From positions 15,414-79,413 of the forward strand of contig JAVCBW010000016.1 in NCBI GenBank assembly GCA_037917675.1: 64,000 bases of DNA, written 5' to 3'. The DNA is from Thermoproteota archaeon. GTDB lineage: Archaea; Korarchaeota; Korarchaeia; B14-G2. The position numbers were made by a program, and so were the translations under genes. Each line of letters begins with the position of its first letter. Position 1 is the stretch's first letter. This document shows positions 1 through 9,515 of the stretch, piece by piece. The notes beneath the pieces are model-generated. The model saw only the letters and a program-made list of their open reading frames with translations, did not search any database and had not been told where the DNA came from.

Positions 1-12
1 GAAGAGGATCAG

Positions 13-459
13 GTGGAAGGCTATAGGGTTAGGGGGGCGCTTATCGTCATGTGGAGTGCCTTTATACCCTCACTTGGACTTCTGGCTTCAACCCTAGTCG
101 AAGAAGACTTCATATCATCTGAGCTGATCAGTTTGGGAAGAATAGCGCTAGGTTATGCCTTCTTCTTCACAGCATTTGTGGCATTCCTATACATCGACTA
201 CTACGACAAAACAAAGTGCAGTAAGCTCTATAGGATCGATTTCAGCCATTATTTTAGAGTCTTCAGCAGGATAACAGTGCTAGCTGGTGCAATTGGGGTG
301 ATATCGCTTCCTGCAACACTTGCATACTCAAATTGGATGCCAGCAGGTGCCATATTCATACTGAGCACATATCTGATCTATGCACTTTGGACTAGGTTCA
401 TGGACAGGCTTGTTGAAGCCTATAAGCCTAGGAAAGGAAGGGTTAAATTGAAGAGGTAA
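13..459 (+). CDS. hypothetical integral membrane protein (about 4 TM helices)
   Basis: 148-aa ORF with four hydrophobic segments and a basic C-terminal tail; no family recognised. Confidence 0.6.
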   Translation: MEGYRVRGALIVMWSAFIPSLGLLASTLVEEDFISSELISLGRIALGYAFFFTAFVAFLYIDYYDKTKCSKLYRIDFSHYFRVFSRITVLAGAIGVISLPATLAYSNWMPAGAIFILSTYLIYALWTRFMDRLVEAYKPRKGRVKLKR

Positions 460-527
460 GTGGTGTTGGATATGGCAAGACTCCCATATCATGTTGGAAA
501 ATGAGATGTAAGCATGAGGGCGGTAGT

Positions 528-767
528 ATGGCAGGTAAAAGCTCTTTGGACCCTCTGACGCTACTAAAAAGATACACTGGGGCATTAGTCAAAATAAGAT
601 TGAAAAGCGGGATCGAGATAAGAGGCAGATTAGAGAACTGCGATCGCTTTATGAACATGATCGTATCAGATGCGATAGAGTGTGAAGCAGTTAATGCACA
701 GGCGATAAGGAAGTACGGTAAAATATTCATTAGAGGGAACAATATCTTGTTTGTTACAGTTGAGTGA
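528..767 (+). CDS. Sm-like archaeal protein (Lsm/SmAP)
   Basis: Sm1 motif (GALVKIRLKSG..IRGRLENCDRFMNMIV) and Sm2 motif (YGKIFIRGNNILFV); start moved to ATG 528 behind the GAGGGCGG SD-like sequence. Confidence 0.93.
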   Translation: MAGKSSLDPLTLLKRYTGALVKIRLKSGIEIRGRLENCDRFMNMIVSDAIECEAVNAQAIRKYGKIFIRGNNILFVTVE

Positions 768-1016
768 AGAGTGATGTATTAAAGTATTAAACAAGATTAT
801 ACATTAACATTCTAGAAGGAGATCACTCATATATTGAAGCTTTATCTGGTACTTCAAAATTATTCTCACCCCTATTTAAATATGGACGTTAATCTCTTCC
901 AGAAGTCATTTAGGCGATAAGTTACTGTCTGTTATTTCAATAAGGGGTCATTAACTGTATGCTATAGACTAATACTGGTCTATTTCTTGGCAAGAGTTAG
1001 CAGAGAATAAACAAAG

Positions 1017-1024
1017 TTTATAAA
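1017..1024 (+). promoter_or_regulatory. TATA box of the histone gene
   Basis: TTTATAAA preceded by a purine-rich BRE-like segment (ACAAAG), about 70 nt upstream of the histone ATG. Confidence 0.55.
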
Positions 1025-1092
1025 GAGAATCTGGCAGTATATTCCTAGTATACCCAGCCTATGGGAAGTGGCTGTAGGGGGTGTAATGTGAT

Positions 1093-1302
1093 ATGGGGAG
1101 AAGAACTACTGAACTACCTCTAGCAGCCATGTATAGGATACTCAAGTCTGCTGGCGCAGAGAGAGTATCAGACAGCGCGAAAAGGGCATTAGCAAAGGAA
1201 ATTGAAAGGTATGCTTCTAGAGTAGCTGAAAAGGCAGTCAAATTAGCTCGACACGCTGGCAGGAAAACAGTGACAGAGTCTGATATCGAGCTAGCAAAGT
1301 AG
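1093..1302 (+). CDS. archaeal histone (HMf family)
   Basis: ELPLAAMYRILKSAGAERVS...ARHAGRKTVTESDIELA, classic histone-fold signature; 69 aa. Confidence 0.97.
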   Translation: MGRRTTELPLAAMYRILKSAGAERVSDSAKRALAKEIERYASRVAEKAVKLARHAGRKTVTESDIELAK

Positions 1303-1304
1303 CT

Positions 1305-2693
1305 TCAACCCCCCAATTTTTTAGCTGCAGTTTTGAATAGTACCCGGATCACTATCAACCTTATCCGGTTCCCTAAGAAGACTAGGATGATGATTAATAG
1401 GATGATTTGAGCTAGTATGTAGGTCATGCTTCTAGCCCTTGTCTCTATGTGCTCGGCTGTAGCTTCGCTGATGAGCTGATCGATATAAGTTGCTTTAGTA
1501 AGCACCCTCTGATAGGCCTTTCTGGTCTTATCTACATCCATTTCTAAGAGAGCATACCTTCTCATTTTGCTTAGTTCATCCTTCAACTCTTTGACTATGG
1601 CATATGCTTCTTCCATTTTCTCTCCTCTCACACCGAGTGCCCTGTATGTTTCAACCTTCCTGCCTGCTTTCTCTATGACATCTTCTGTTGCATTTATGTA
1701 TCTGAGTAATACAAGCAAAGTAGCATCTCTGGAATAGGCTATGCTCTTGTTTGCATAGAAGGTAGCTGTCGCATTCCTTTTATTGAATAGTGCTACTGCT
1801 CTGATTAGCATGTCTGAGGCTTCTGCTAGAAGAAGATCTGCGCCTATTGCTGAGAGGTTATCTTGGATTAGCTTGATATAAGCTGAGAAAGCAAGGTTAT
1901 ATGTTCTGTTAGCCTCTGATATTATCATGAGAGCAAGTGTAGCATTGAATTTCTCTTTCACAGCTATGCTTATCCTCGTGGAGTCCATGGATGTACCAAG
2001 GGTGTAGTTTATGAGAGCTGTTATCTCTAACTCTCCTGTGGTTATAGGTGGAAGCGTAGCGGATACATTCATCAAGATGTCTTCTCCTGGTGGCACCCAT
2101 GGTATCTCCTCTTGATACACTATGGTGGTATCAGCGTAGACTGAGAGCTTACATGACAGGTTAGGCTTGATACCTGTGTTTACAAGGCGGAGTGTGATAT
2201 ACGCCTCCTGAGACCTTGGGAGGCTATGGCTGACAGACAAGATGTTTACCATGAGTTCTCCTTCAATCTTCTCCACTTTCACTGAGTAAAGCTCAGATTC
2301 AATCACAAGGAATCTCCATCGCATACCCTCCAAGACTGCTACCTTTACGTGTGCTCTGAACCGGTAGACTCCTGGAGGGATTTGATCTGGAGTGTTTCCG
2401 CTTATGTAGATGGCAATTGTCTCATTTTCCTCAAGTGGCCGATTTTCCATAGGTATCTCGAAGACCCCCCATGTGAATGACACTCCAGCAGCTAGCAATC
2501 GGACTTCCCCAGGGTAATGGCTTGTCACTAAGACTGTTATGTTGAAAGGTACTCCTATGTATATTGGAGCCTCTAAAGCAGCTTTGACCTCAATTAGCTG
2601 CTGGAGCAGAGGGCTACAGGAGGCTTCTGCTGGGATAGCTAATGCTATTAATAGAGTCACAATCTTTTTCTTTGAGACGCTCTGAGCAGGCAT
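1305..2693 (-). CDS. membrane-anchored surface protein (signal peptide, Ig/CARDB-like beta domains, helical stalk, C-terminal TM)
   Basis: N-terminal KKKIVTLLIALAIP signal; beta-rich segments (ITLRLVNTG); N-x-S/T sequons; C-terminal hydrophobic anchor followed by basic residues. Confidence 0.6.
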   Translation of the reverse strand: MPAQSVSKKKIVTLLIALAIPAEASCSPLLQQLIEVKAALEAPIYIGVPFNITVLVTSHYPGEVRLLAAGVSFTWGVFEIPMENRPLEENETIAIYISGNTPDQIPPGVYRFRAHVKVAVLEGMRWRFLVIESELYSVKVEKIEGELMVNILSVSHSLPRSQEAYITLRLVNTGIKPNLSCKLSVYADTTIVYQEEIPWVPPGEDILMNVSATLPPITTGELEITALINYTLGTSMDSTRISIAVKEKFNATLALMIISEANRTYNLAFSAYIKLIQDNLSAIGADLLLAEASDMLIRAVALFNKRNATATFYANKSIAYSRDATLLVLLRYINATEDVIEKAGRKVETYRALGVRGEKMEEAYAIVKELKDELSKMRRYALLEMDVDKTRKAYQRVLTKATYIDQLISEATAEHIETRARSMTYILAQIILLIIILVFLGNRIRLIVIRVLFKTAAKKLGG

Positions 2694-2721
2694 TTAGATG
2701 AGCCTCACTTAGGGTGCTTAC

Positions 2722-4695
2722 TTGCTAGTTATAGGCATTGACATAGAGCCAGGTACCAGCCCAAGAGCACCTGAGGGGGGTAGGTATACGGTAGCTGTCA
2801 TGAGAGATGGGGAGCTGGAGGCTATATTGCAGAACTTGAAGCTTATAGATGTCCTTCAGATCGTTAACAGGAGAAAAGTGAACTACTTGGCTGTCGACAA
2901 CCCATATGAGCTGGCAGCTGACTCCAGAGACCTACTGAGAGTCCTCAGGAAGCTTCCCTACAATACTAGGCTTGTATGCCCAACTTGGAGCATGAAGCAC
3001 GGCTTTAGGCAGCTGAGGAGAATAGCGGCAGAGCATGGAATACAGCTATCACAGAAGCCTTCTCCTGAAGAGGCAGCTGTAGCTATCGCAAAGCTAGCTT
3101 CACTTGGTGTAGGTGGGGTCATAGATGTCAGGCTTGGCTATACTAGAATTAAGATCGCTAGATGTAAGAGCCCTAAGCCAGGGGGGTCTAGCTCAGCTAG
3201 ATGGGGGAGAAAACTTGCTGCATTATGCCAGAGTGTTGTTAGGGAGATAACTTCTGTTCTAAGTGAAAGGGGATTTGATTTCGACGCTTATTATAGGAGA
3301 GCGACAGGGGGGCTTAGAAGCGCCGTAATAAATGTCTATTCAACAGACGACTTCCTACTTAGGATACCGAGGCTATATGCGGTAGACGGAGTCAGCATAG
3401 AGGTATATAGGCCTTTCATCGGGGGGCTAGTGATAAGGCCTCTGCAGGAAGAGCAGGAGGAGAAGCATAGAAGGCCAGTTATCGTTGGTATAGATGCTGG
3501 GATGACGACGGGGCTCTGCATATCAGCACTTACTGGAGAAGTCCTCGTGTTAGAGAGCTACAAGCATGCTTCTAGGGTAGATATACTTCAGAGGATAATG
3601 GAAGTAGGCGAACCTGTACTTTTTGCAGTAGATGTCCCAAGTCCACCTGCTAGTGTTATGAAGTTAGCCTCTGCATTCGGTGTTAAGGTGTTCAGGCCAG
3701 ATAGGCCTCTGTCTACGAGAGAGAAAGCTGAAGTATGCGAGAAGGCAGTGAGTAGGAAGATGCTTAGCTCTAAGCCTCGTAATGCACATGAGAGGGATGC
3801 TCTAGCTGCGGTAGTTAAGGCCTTAGACTATTATTCTCCAGCATTTGAGAGAGCTGAAGCCCGTGTGAGAGAAGTAGGGGTCACGATACCGATCGATGTC
3901 ATTAGGACATGGGTTATACAGGGAAAACCTGTGGATTCTTTGGTCAAGAAGTGGATTAAGGTGCCTGCAGCCGTGGAGCTTCCTACACCATCTGAGAAGC
4001 ATGAGAAGAAGGCACATGAAGGCGAAGAAGCCAGGAAGCTCAAGGAGGAAGTCATGGATATGAGAAGGCTAGTCAGAGCGCTTGAGGTTGAGGTAGGCAA
4101 GCTTAAGGAAGAGAACCAGCAGCTTAGAGAGAGGATATATGGGTTTAAGAAAGAGATAGAGAAGGAGATCGAGTTGAAGAAGCTAAGAGGTCTCCTGAGG
4201 GAGTACCAGCAGAAGGTATCTCTCCTCCAAGCTAAGATAGCTCAGCTTGAAAAGCAAGTTGAAGAAGAGAGGAAGCTGCAGTTGGAGCTCGGTAGGAAAC
4301 GTGTATTCCTAGCCAAATATATCCCAAAACTAACTAGAAGGCATCTAGTTGAGCTATTAGGATCCGTAGGGCTATCGAATGGTGATGTACTATGCGTTGG
4401 AGACGGAGCTGGGGCTGGAAAGCTTGCTGTATGCATGCTTTCCGATTACAATCCCCAAATTGTTGCCTTCTTCAGGAACATGCCGCCAAAAAGCATCCTC
4501 TCTCCACTAATCCAGAGGAAAGCATACATTTGTGAAATTGGATGCGAGGTGGGAATAGTGAGAGGGCACTTGGCGCTTTTAGACGATAGTGAAATGAAGG
4601 TCATAATGGAGGCTATTGAGAAGGAAGCTGAGAAAAAGAGCCCAGAGAAGATTCTAACCGAGATAGTGTCTGAATATAGGAGAAAGCTATCTTAG
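2722..4695 (+). CDS. DUF460 family protein (RNase H-like domains plus coiled coil)
   Basis: VIGIDI and IVGIDAGMTTG RNase H-like strands, NAHERDALAA motif, long C-terminal coiled coil. Confidence 0.85.
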   Translation: MLVIGIDIEPGTSPRAPEGGRYTVAVMRDGELEAILQNLKLIDVLQIVNRRKVNYLAVDNPYELAADSRDLLRVLRKLPYNTRLVCPTWSMKHGFRQLRRIAAEHGIQLSQKPSPEEAAVAIAKLASLGVGGVIDVRLGYTRIKIARCKSPKPGGSSSARWGRKLAALCQSVVREITSVLSERGFDFDAYYRRATGGLRSAVINVYSTDDFLLRIPRLYAVDGVSIEVYRPFIGGLVIRPLQEEQEEKHRRPVIVGIDAGMTTGLCISALTGEVLVLESYKHASRVDILQRIMEVGEPVLFAVDVPSPPASVMKLASAFGVKVFRPDRPLSTREKAEVCEKAVSRKMLSSKPRNAHERDALAAVVKALDYYSPAFERAEARVREVGVTIPIDVIRTWVIQGKPVDSLVKKWIKVPAAVELPTPSEKHEKKAHEGEEARKLKEEVMDMRRLVRALEVEVGKLKEENQQLRERIYGFKKEIEKEIELKKLRGLLREYQQKVSLLQAKIAQLEKQVEEERKLQLELGRKRVFLAKYIPKLTRRHLVELLGSVGLSNGDVLCVGDGAGAGKLAVCMLSDYNPQIVAFFRNMPPKSILSPLIQRKAYICEIGCEVGIVRGHLALLDDSEMKVIMEAIEKEAEKKSPEKILTEIVSEYRRKLS

Positions 4696-6141
4696 CGACT
4701 TGATCATGTAAGCACCCTCTCTCTTATACCCTAGCTTTGCGAAGTACTCTCTTGCACCAACTCCAGCTGTGACAGCAAGCTTTTCTGCGGAAAAATCTTC
4801 TATAGCTATTCGCTCAGCCTCCCTCATGAGCCACAAGCCGATTCCCCTATGCTGCCAGCCTCCAAAACATCCTATAGGAACCTGGATACCATAGACTCTC
4901 AGCTCACGGACTATAGCAGTATCTCCTCTGGATAACTCCGGCCTATGCGCTTTGTCAGAGGGCACTCTCAGCCTCAAGAAACCTACCAGCTGCTCTTCCC
5001 GGCCAGTTACCTCTATGAACACCTCTATACCATCAGATGCCTCATATTCCATGGTTTTTAGCTCCAATGAGGCAGGATCGGGAGGAAACTGCACTCTACC
5101 CACTTCACGGCACCTAATGCACATGCAATTTAATCTCAGTTTCCTCATATATTCCTGGACTATCTGTCTCAAATTGCTTTTTTTCACGCCATCTACTATG
5201 ATTGTAGATGGTATATCTCTCTGTATCCTGTATATCCTGACATATCTAGGAACTATAGCTTTAACTTGAGCTAATAGGTTGACATGCTCTATGAGTGTAT
5301 AAGGCCTGTACTCCCCGCTCTTCCACATCTCATAGAGCTTAGTTCCCTTTAGAACTAGTGTTGGATATATCTTTAGGCCATCAGGCCTTAGCTCAGGGTT
5401 GTTAAAGAGTTCGAGAAAATCCCTGAAGTCTTCTCTAGGATTACTTCCAGGCAAGCCAGGCATCATATGCAGCACTACTTTGAGCCCAGCATCCTTTGCA
5501 ACTCTTACTGCTTCTATTATGTCCTGTCTGCTATGATCTCTCTTTACTGCCTCAAGTAGGTCGTCTCTTAGGGCCTGAGCGCCTATCTCTACCCTAGTAC
5601 ACCCGTACCTCAACATCTCATCTATATGAGGCTCCTTGCAGAAATCTGGTCTGGTTTCTATAGCTAGCGCTACTATCCGCCTCTGAGATCGCTCTCCTCT
5701 CGACATCGCTTCAGCAAGTGTGCTAGAAGATGTGGCGCTCACAGCATCATAGCATTCTTTTATGAACCAGTCTCTATACTCTCTTGGTGCAGCGAGAAAT
5801 GTTCCTCCCATCACTATGAGCTCTATCTTGCTTGGTACATGGCCTATCTCCTCTAACTGCCTTATCCTCTGGGTAGCCTGGAGATATGGATCAAAGCATG
5901 CGAGAGCAGCACGCCTAGCAGCGGGCTCTAAGCCTGTATATGACTGAGGTGTATCACCGAACACAGATCCAGGACCACCTGGACAGAATATGCAAGGCTC
6001 ACTTTTAGGGCACTTCATGGGCTTACACATCACTGCAACAACAACTACTCCAGACGCGCTCCTACTAGGCTTCCTTCGAGGCTTAGAAGTCTCTTCTTGT
6101 AGGTATGTTGGATGAAGGTAAGCTGCTGTTGTCTTTGCCAT
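4687..6141 (-). CDS. elp3: Elp3 tRNA uridine(34) carboxymethylation radical SAM/GNAT enzyme
   Basis: CP...CIFCPGG, TPQSYTGLEPA, ETRPD, LKIYPTLV, RIQRDIP, WQHRGIG motifs. Confidence 0.96.
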   Translation of the reverse strand: MAKTTAAYLHPTYLQEETSKPRRKPSRSASGVVVVAVMCKPMKCPKSEPCIFCPGGPGSVFGDTPQSYTGLEPAARRAALACFDPYLQATQRIRQLEEIGHVPSKIELIVMGGTFLAAPREYRDWFIKECYDAVSATSSSTLAEAMSRGERSQRRIVALAIETRPDFCKEPHIDEMLRYGCTRVEIGAQALRDDLLEAVKRDHSRQDIIEAVRVAKDAGLKVVLHMMPGLPGSNPREDFRDFLELFNNPELRPDGLKIYPTLVLKGTKLYEMWKSGEYRPYTLIEHVNLLAQVKAIVPRYVRIYRIQRDIPSTIIVDGVKKSNLRQIVQEYMRKLRLNCMCIRCREVGRVQFPPDPASLELKTMEYEASDGIEVFIEVTGREEQLVGFLRLRVPSDKAHRPELSRGDTAIVRELRVYGIQVPIGCFGGWQHRGIGLWLMREAERIAIEDFSAEKLAVTAGVGAREYFAKLGYKREGAYMIKSLR

Positions 6142-6226
6142 AGTAGACGCCTACTTCCTCAAAGTAGCTGCTGGAGAAGCTTTTATATACAGCGGAGTAC
6201 CAGATACAACATGTGAGGTGTGAGAT

Positions 6227-6412
6227 ATGCCAGGGACACATGGATCACTTAATAAGGCTGGGTATGTTAGAGAGCTTACCTATAAGAGCAGGCCGCCAAA
6301 GAGGCAGAAGAAGGCTCCATGTCCAAGAATGAGGATGAGGAGGGTAGTCCATAGGAGGATAGAGCATAGCCTGCCTGTAGGACAGGCAGTACATGTACCG
6401 CCTAGACGATAG
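6227..6412 (+). CDS. rps30e: 30S ribosomal protein eS30
   Basis: THGSLNKAGYVR N-terminal motif; basic 61-aa protein directly upstream of nop5. Confidence 0.88.
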   Translation: MPGTHGSLNKAGYVRELTYKSRPPKRQKKAPCPRMRMRRVVHRRIEHSLPVGQAVHVPPRR

Positions 6413-6429
6413 AGCAAATGTGATTTTAG

Positions 6430-7632
6430 ATGGAAGCTATCCTCGCCCTAACTCCTTTAGGATATCTGGCGATAGCAGATGGCAGGTTGCTTCTGTCAGA
6501 AAAGCTCCCAGGAGACACGCATAAGGTTGCTGAAGAGATATTCTCTCTTAGGAGAGGGGTTGCAACAGACAAGTTAGCTGTAGTCTTACACAAGTTAAGG
6601 AAGCTGGGTGTAAAGAGTGTCATAGTCGATAGCAGAGCAGCTGCTTTAGCAATAAGAGAATCAGGAGAAATCCAGGTCAGGATAGATGAGAAGGCGGCTA
6701 GAGCTGTTAAGAGAGATCTAACTGAGCTAGCTAAGGTGTTCGGTATCAGCAGTGATAGACGCAAGCTTGTGGAGTTTGTTTCAGCAGTAGCTGTCCTCGA
6801 GACTAAGATGCAGATATCTAGAGAGCTACTCTCACGAGACAAGCTGATAGTCAAAGCAGTGCATGTACTAGACACTCTACTCAATGTGGAAAATGCCATC
6901 GTCAATCAGCTTAGAGAATGGTACTCACTACATTTTCCAGAGCTAAGTGGAGCCATATCTTCACACGCAGGATATGTCAAGCTGATAGCATCCTTAAAGA
7001 GGAGAAGCTCATATAGCATTAAGGCGCTCACAAGCTTAGGCTTCGATGCGAATAAGGCCAGAGAGATTGAAAAGCTTGCAAGAGAATCTATTGGTCCTGA
7101 TATACGTGAAGAAGACCTGAGGCCTGTGGTGGAGCTAGCTAGGCTATGGCAGTCTATTAGAGGATACAGAAATGCGCTTGAGGAATACATCAATGAGAGT
7201 GTTAAGGAGATAGCTCCAAACACCTCTACCTTAGCTGGACCTGTGATTACTGCAAGACTTATATCGCTTGCTGGCGGCTTAGACAAGCTTGCAAAGCTCC
7301 CTGCAAGCACAATACAAGTCTTAGGAGCATCAAAGGCATTGTTTAGGTACCTTTCAGGTAAGGGGAAGCCTCCAAAGCATGGTGTAATCTTCAGGGTTAA
7401 AGACGTCATGTCGTCACCTCCAAAGATAAGAGGCAAGATAGCGAGATCTCTCGCAGCTAAGCTTGCAATAGCAGCCAGAGTAGACTACTATGGTGGAGAG
7501 TACATAGGGGATGATCTGCTAAATGAGCTTACGGAGAGAATAAATAGGATAAAGGATGAGTATAGAGCTCAAAGAAAGGCAGCTAGAGCTGTTAAGAGAG
7601 GTGTTAAACGTGGTAAGCGTCATCGACCATGA
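6430..7632 (+). CDS. nop5: box C/D RNP protein Nop5 (Nop56/58)
   Basis: REWYSLHFPEL, PASTIQVLGA, PPKHGVIF, RGKIARSLAAK motifs. Confidence 0.96.
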   Translation: MEAILALTPLGYLAIADGRLLLSEKLPGDTHKVAEEIFSLRRGVATDKLAVVLHKLRKLGVKSVIVDSRAAALAIRESGEIQVRIDEKAARAVKRDLTELAKVFGISSDRRKLVEFVSAVAVLETKMQISRELLSRDKLIVKAVHVLDTLLNVENAIVNQLREWYSLHFPELSGAISSHAGYVKLIASLKRRSSYSIKALTSLGFDANKAREIEKLARESIGPDIREEDLRPVVELARLWQSIRGYRNALEEYINESVKEIAPNTSTLAGPVITARLISLAGGLDKLAKLPASTIQVLGASKALFRYLSGKGKPPKHGVIFRVKDVMSSPPKIRGKIARSLAAKLAIAARVDYYGGEYIGDDLLNELTERINRIKDEYRAQRKAARAVKRGVKRGKRHRP

Positions 7633-8290
7633 GAAGTTTGAGGGGATATACTGGGTCTTAGACGATAACAAGAGGAAGCTTGCGACAAGAAACCTAGTGC
7701 CTGGATTTAGAAGTTACAATGAGCAGGTGGTAGAATATGAGGGGAGAGAATATAGGATATGGAGTCCATTTAGATCAAAGCCTGCAGCAGCCATCATAAA
7801 TGGTCTCCAAACATTCCCTGTAAGGAAGGGAAGTAGGATACTATATCTTGGGATAGCTTCAGGAACAACAGCATCCCACTTCAGCGACATAGTGGGGCCT
7901 ACTGGCATAATATATGGGATAGAAATCTCTGATAGACCTCTTAGAGAGCTAATTAAGGTGTGTGAAGCTAGGAGAAACATAGTTCCGATAATGGGAGATG
8001 CCAGAAAGCCTGATGAGTACTCAATGTATCTTGAGCAAGTAGATATCGTCTACGCTGATATAGCTCAGCCATTTCAAGCACAAATAGTGGTAGACAATGC
8101 CTTATTCCTCAAAGACAATGGGCATGTGATGCTGGCAATCAAGGCTAGCAGTATAGATGCAACAAGACCTCCTGATGAGGTCTTTAGCCGTGAGGTCGAG
8201 ACGCTAGAGAGCGCAGGGTTTAGGCTAAAGCAAATAGTTAGCTTAGAACCCTATGAGAGAAAGCATGCCCTAGTAGTCGCTGAGCTCTAG
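7610..8290 (+). CDS. flpA: fibrillarin-like 2'-O-methyltransferase
   Basis: EYRIWSPFRSK, LYLGIASGTTASH, DIAQP motifs; start moved to GTG 7610 behind a GAGGTG SD. Confidence 0.96.
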   Translation: MVSVIDHEKFEGIYWVLDDNKRKLATRNLVPGFRSYNEQVVEYEGREYRIWSPFRSKPAAAIINGLQTFPVRKGSRILYLGIASGTTASHFSDIVGPTGIIYGIEISDRPLRELIKVCEARRNIVPIMGDARKPDEYSMYLEQVDIVYADIAQPFQAQIVVDNALFLKDNGHVMLAIKASSIDATRPPDEVFSREVETLESAGFRLKQIVSLEPYERKHALVVAEL

Positions 8291-8926
8291 TCTACTCTGC
8301 CTCACCTTTGTAAGCATATCTTGAGAAGTCTTCCACTTTCTCCTAGCTATAGGGGGGAGAGTGTTGTTTTCTTCAATCCACCTCTCTAAAAAGTCTCTGG
8401 TTGCTGGGTCACTTGAATACCCAGATCCTATCTCACCATACTTTAAGGATAATCTCTTAATCATCTGATCTCGTGTGACTTTAGCTATTATCGATGCTGC
8501 ACCTACCAGAGGATACTTATCATCAGCCTTGTTTTCTGCTATAATAGGAGGCTTATAGTGTGAAAATTGATAGATGTAGCTGGTAAACCTCCTCACATCT
8601 TCATCTGGTGAATCTACAATAGCTTTATCAGGCTTTAGGGCATCGATTACCATTGCAAAAAGCCTTGCCTCGAGGACATTTAATGAGTGCAAGCTCATTT
8701 CAGAGTCAAGTGTCTGTGGAGGGGCCTGTAAGACAGCTATGTACTCAGCTATCTCAAGTATTTCAGCAGCCAGCGCCTCTCGTCTTGAGGAAGTCAGCTC
8801 TTTAGAGTCTCTTACACCTATTTCAGCTAGCTTGCTCATCTTCGATACATCAAGAAGGACTCCAGCTACTACAAGTGGGCCGAGAACAGCACCTCTACCT
8901 GCCTCATCTAAGCCTAGAACCCTCAT
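8270..8926 (-). CDS. rnhB: ribonuclease HII
   Basis: GLDEAGRG, VRDSK, AASIIAKVTRD, GSGY motifs; C-terminal PIP-like QSRL. Confidence 0.97.
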   Translation of the reverse strand: MRVLGLDEAGRGAVLGPLVVAGVLLDVSKMSKLAEIGVRDSKELTSSRREALAAEILEIAEYIAVLQAPPQTLDSEMSLHSLNVLEARLFAMVIDALKPDKAIVDSPDEDVRRFTSYIYQFSHYKPPIIAENKADDKYPLVGAASIIAKVTRDQMIKRLSLKYGEIGSGYSSDPATRDFLERWIEENNTLPPIARRKWKTSQDMLTKVRQSRLELSDY

Positions 8927-9489
8927 TTGAAAACACCTCTAATGACATGAAGTATCCTTGTAGTGAGCTCCCTACATAGCATCTGGACTCTATCTCGAGT
9001 CACCAAGATTTCTCTAGAATCTCTTCTCACACGGATCTCCTTGATTAAGGAGATTCGTGACTTCAGCGGTATTGTGGCCAGCACTGGCCTGCTAGAATCG
9101 AGTGCAGCCATGACCTGCCTAGAAAACTCTCTGGAGAGAAGCTCCATCTTACCTATCTCATCTATGACAACAACATCAGCCTGCTTTATAGCAAGCTGAA
9201 TCGCTTTGGCTCCTATCCTGCTTATTGCATCAACATCCACAGTATATTTTGACACTCTCGGCCCAGACTTTCCTAAGCTAACAGAAGCTATGATAGCTTC
9301 CTCTCCTGTAAGGAGGTCACGCATCAGGAAGGCTATTCTACGTCCATGCTCTCTGAGCTCTGGTGTTACTACACCTCCAACCCTAATCCCACTTTCAGTG
9401 AGCTTATCTACTACACAAAATATTAGAGTAGATTTCCCTGAGCCGGGAAGGCCTGTGATCAGGAAGTTCTTTACTCTATCAGTAGCCAT
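8923..9489 (-). CDS. nucleoside-triphosphatase (THEP1/NTPase_1 family)
   Basis: ITGLPGSGKST Walker A; VIDEIGKMEL Walker B signature. Confidence 0.92.
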   Translation of the reverse strand: MATDRVKNFLITGLPGSGKSTLIFCVVDKLTESGIRVGGVVTPELREHGRRIAFLMRDLLTGEEAIIASVSLGKSGPRVSKYTVDVDAISRIGAKAIQLAIKQADVVVIDEIGKMELLSREFSRQVMAALDSSRPVLATIPLKSRISLIKEIRVRRDSREILVTRDRVQMLCRELTTRILHVIRGVFK

Positions 9490-9515
9490 ATACTGGAGAG
9501 TAGGGTGGAGGTTTT

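Noticed and set aside
768-1016. AT-rich spacer as a replication origin
   Set aside because: No convincing ORB repeats (TTCCAGTGGAAAC plus G-string) and no adjacent orc1/cdc6; more simply promoter DNA
1093-1115. Eukaryote-like histone tail
   Set aside because: The extension is only MGRRTT, with no lysines; too short to call a tail
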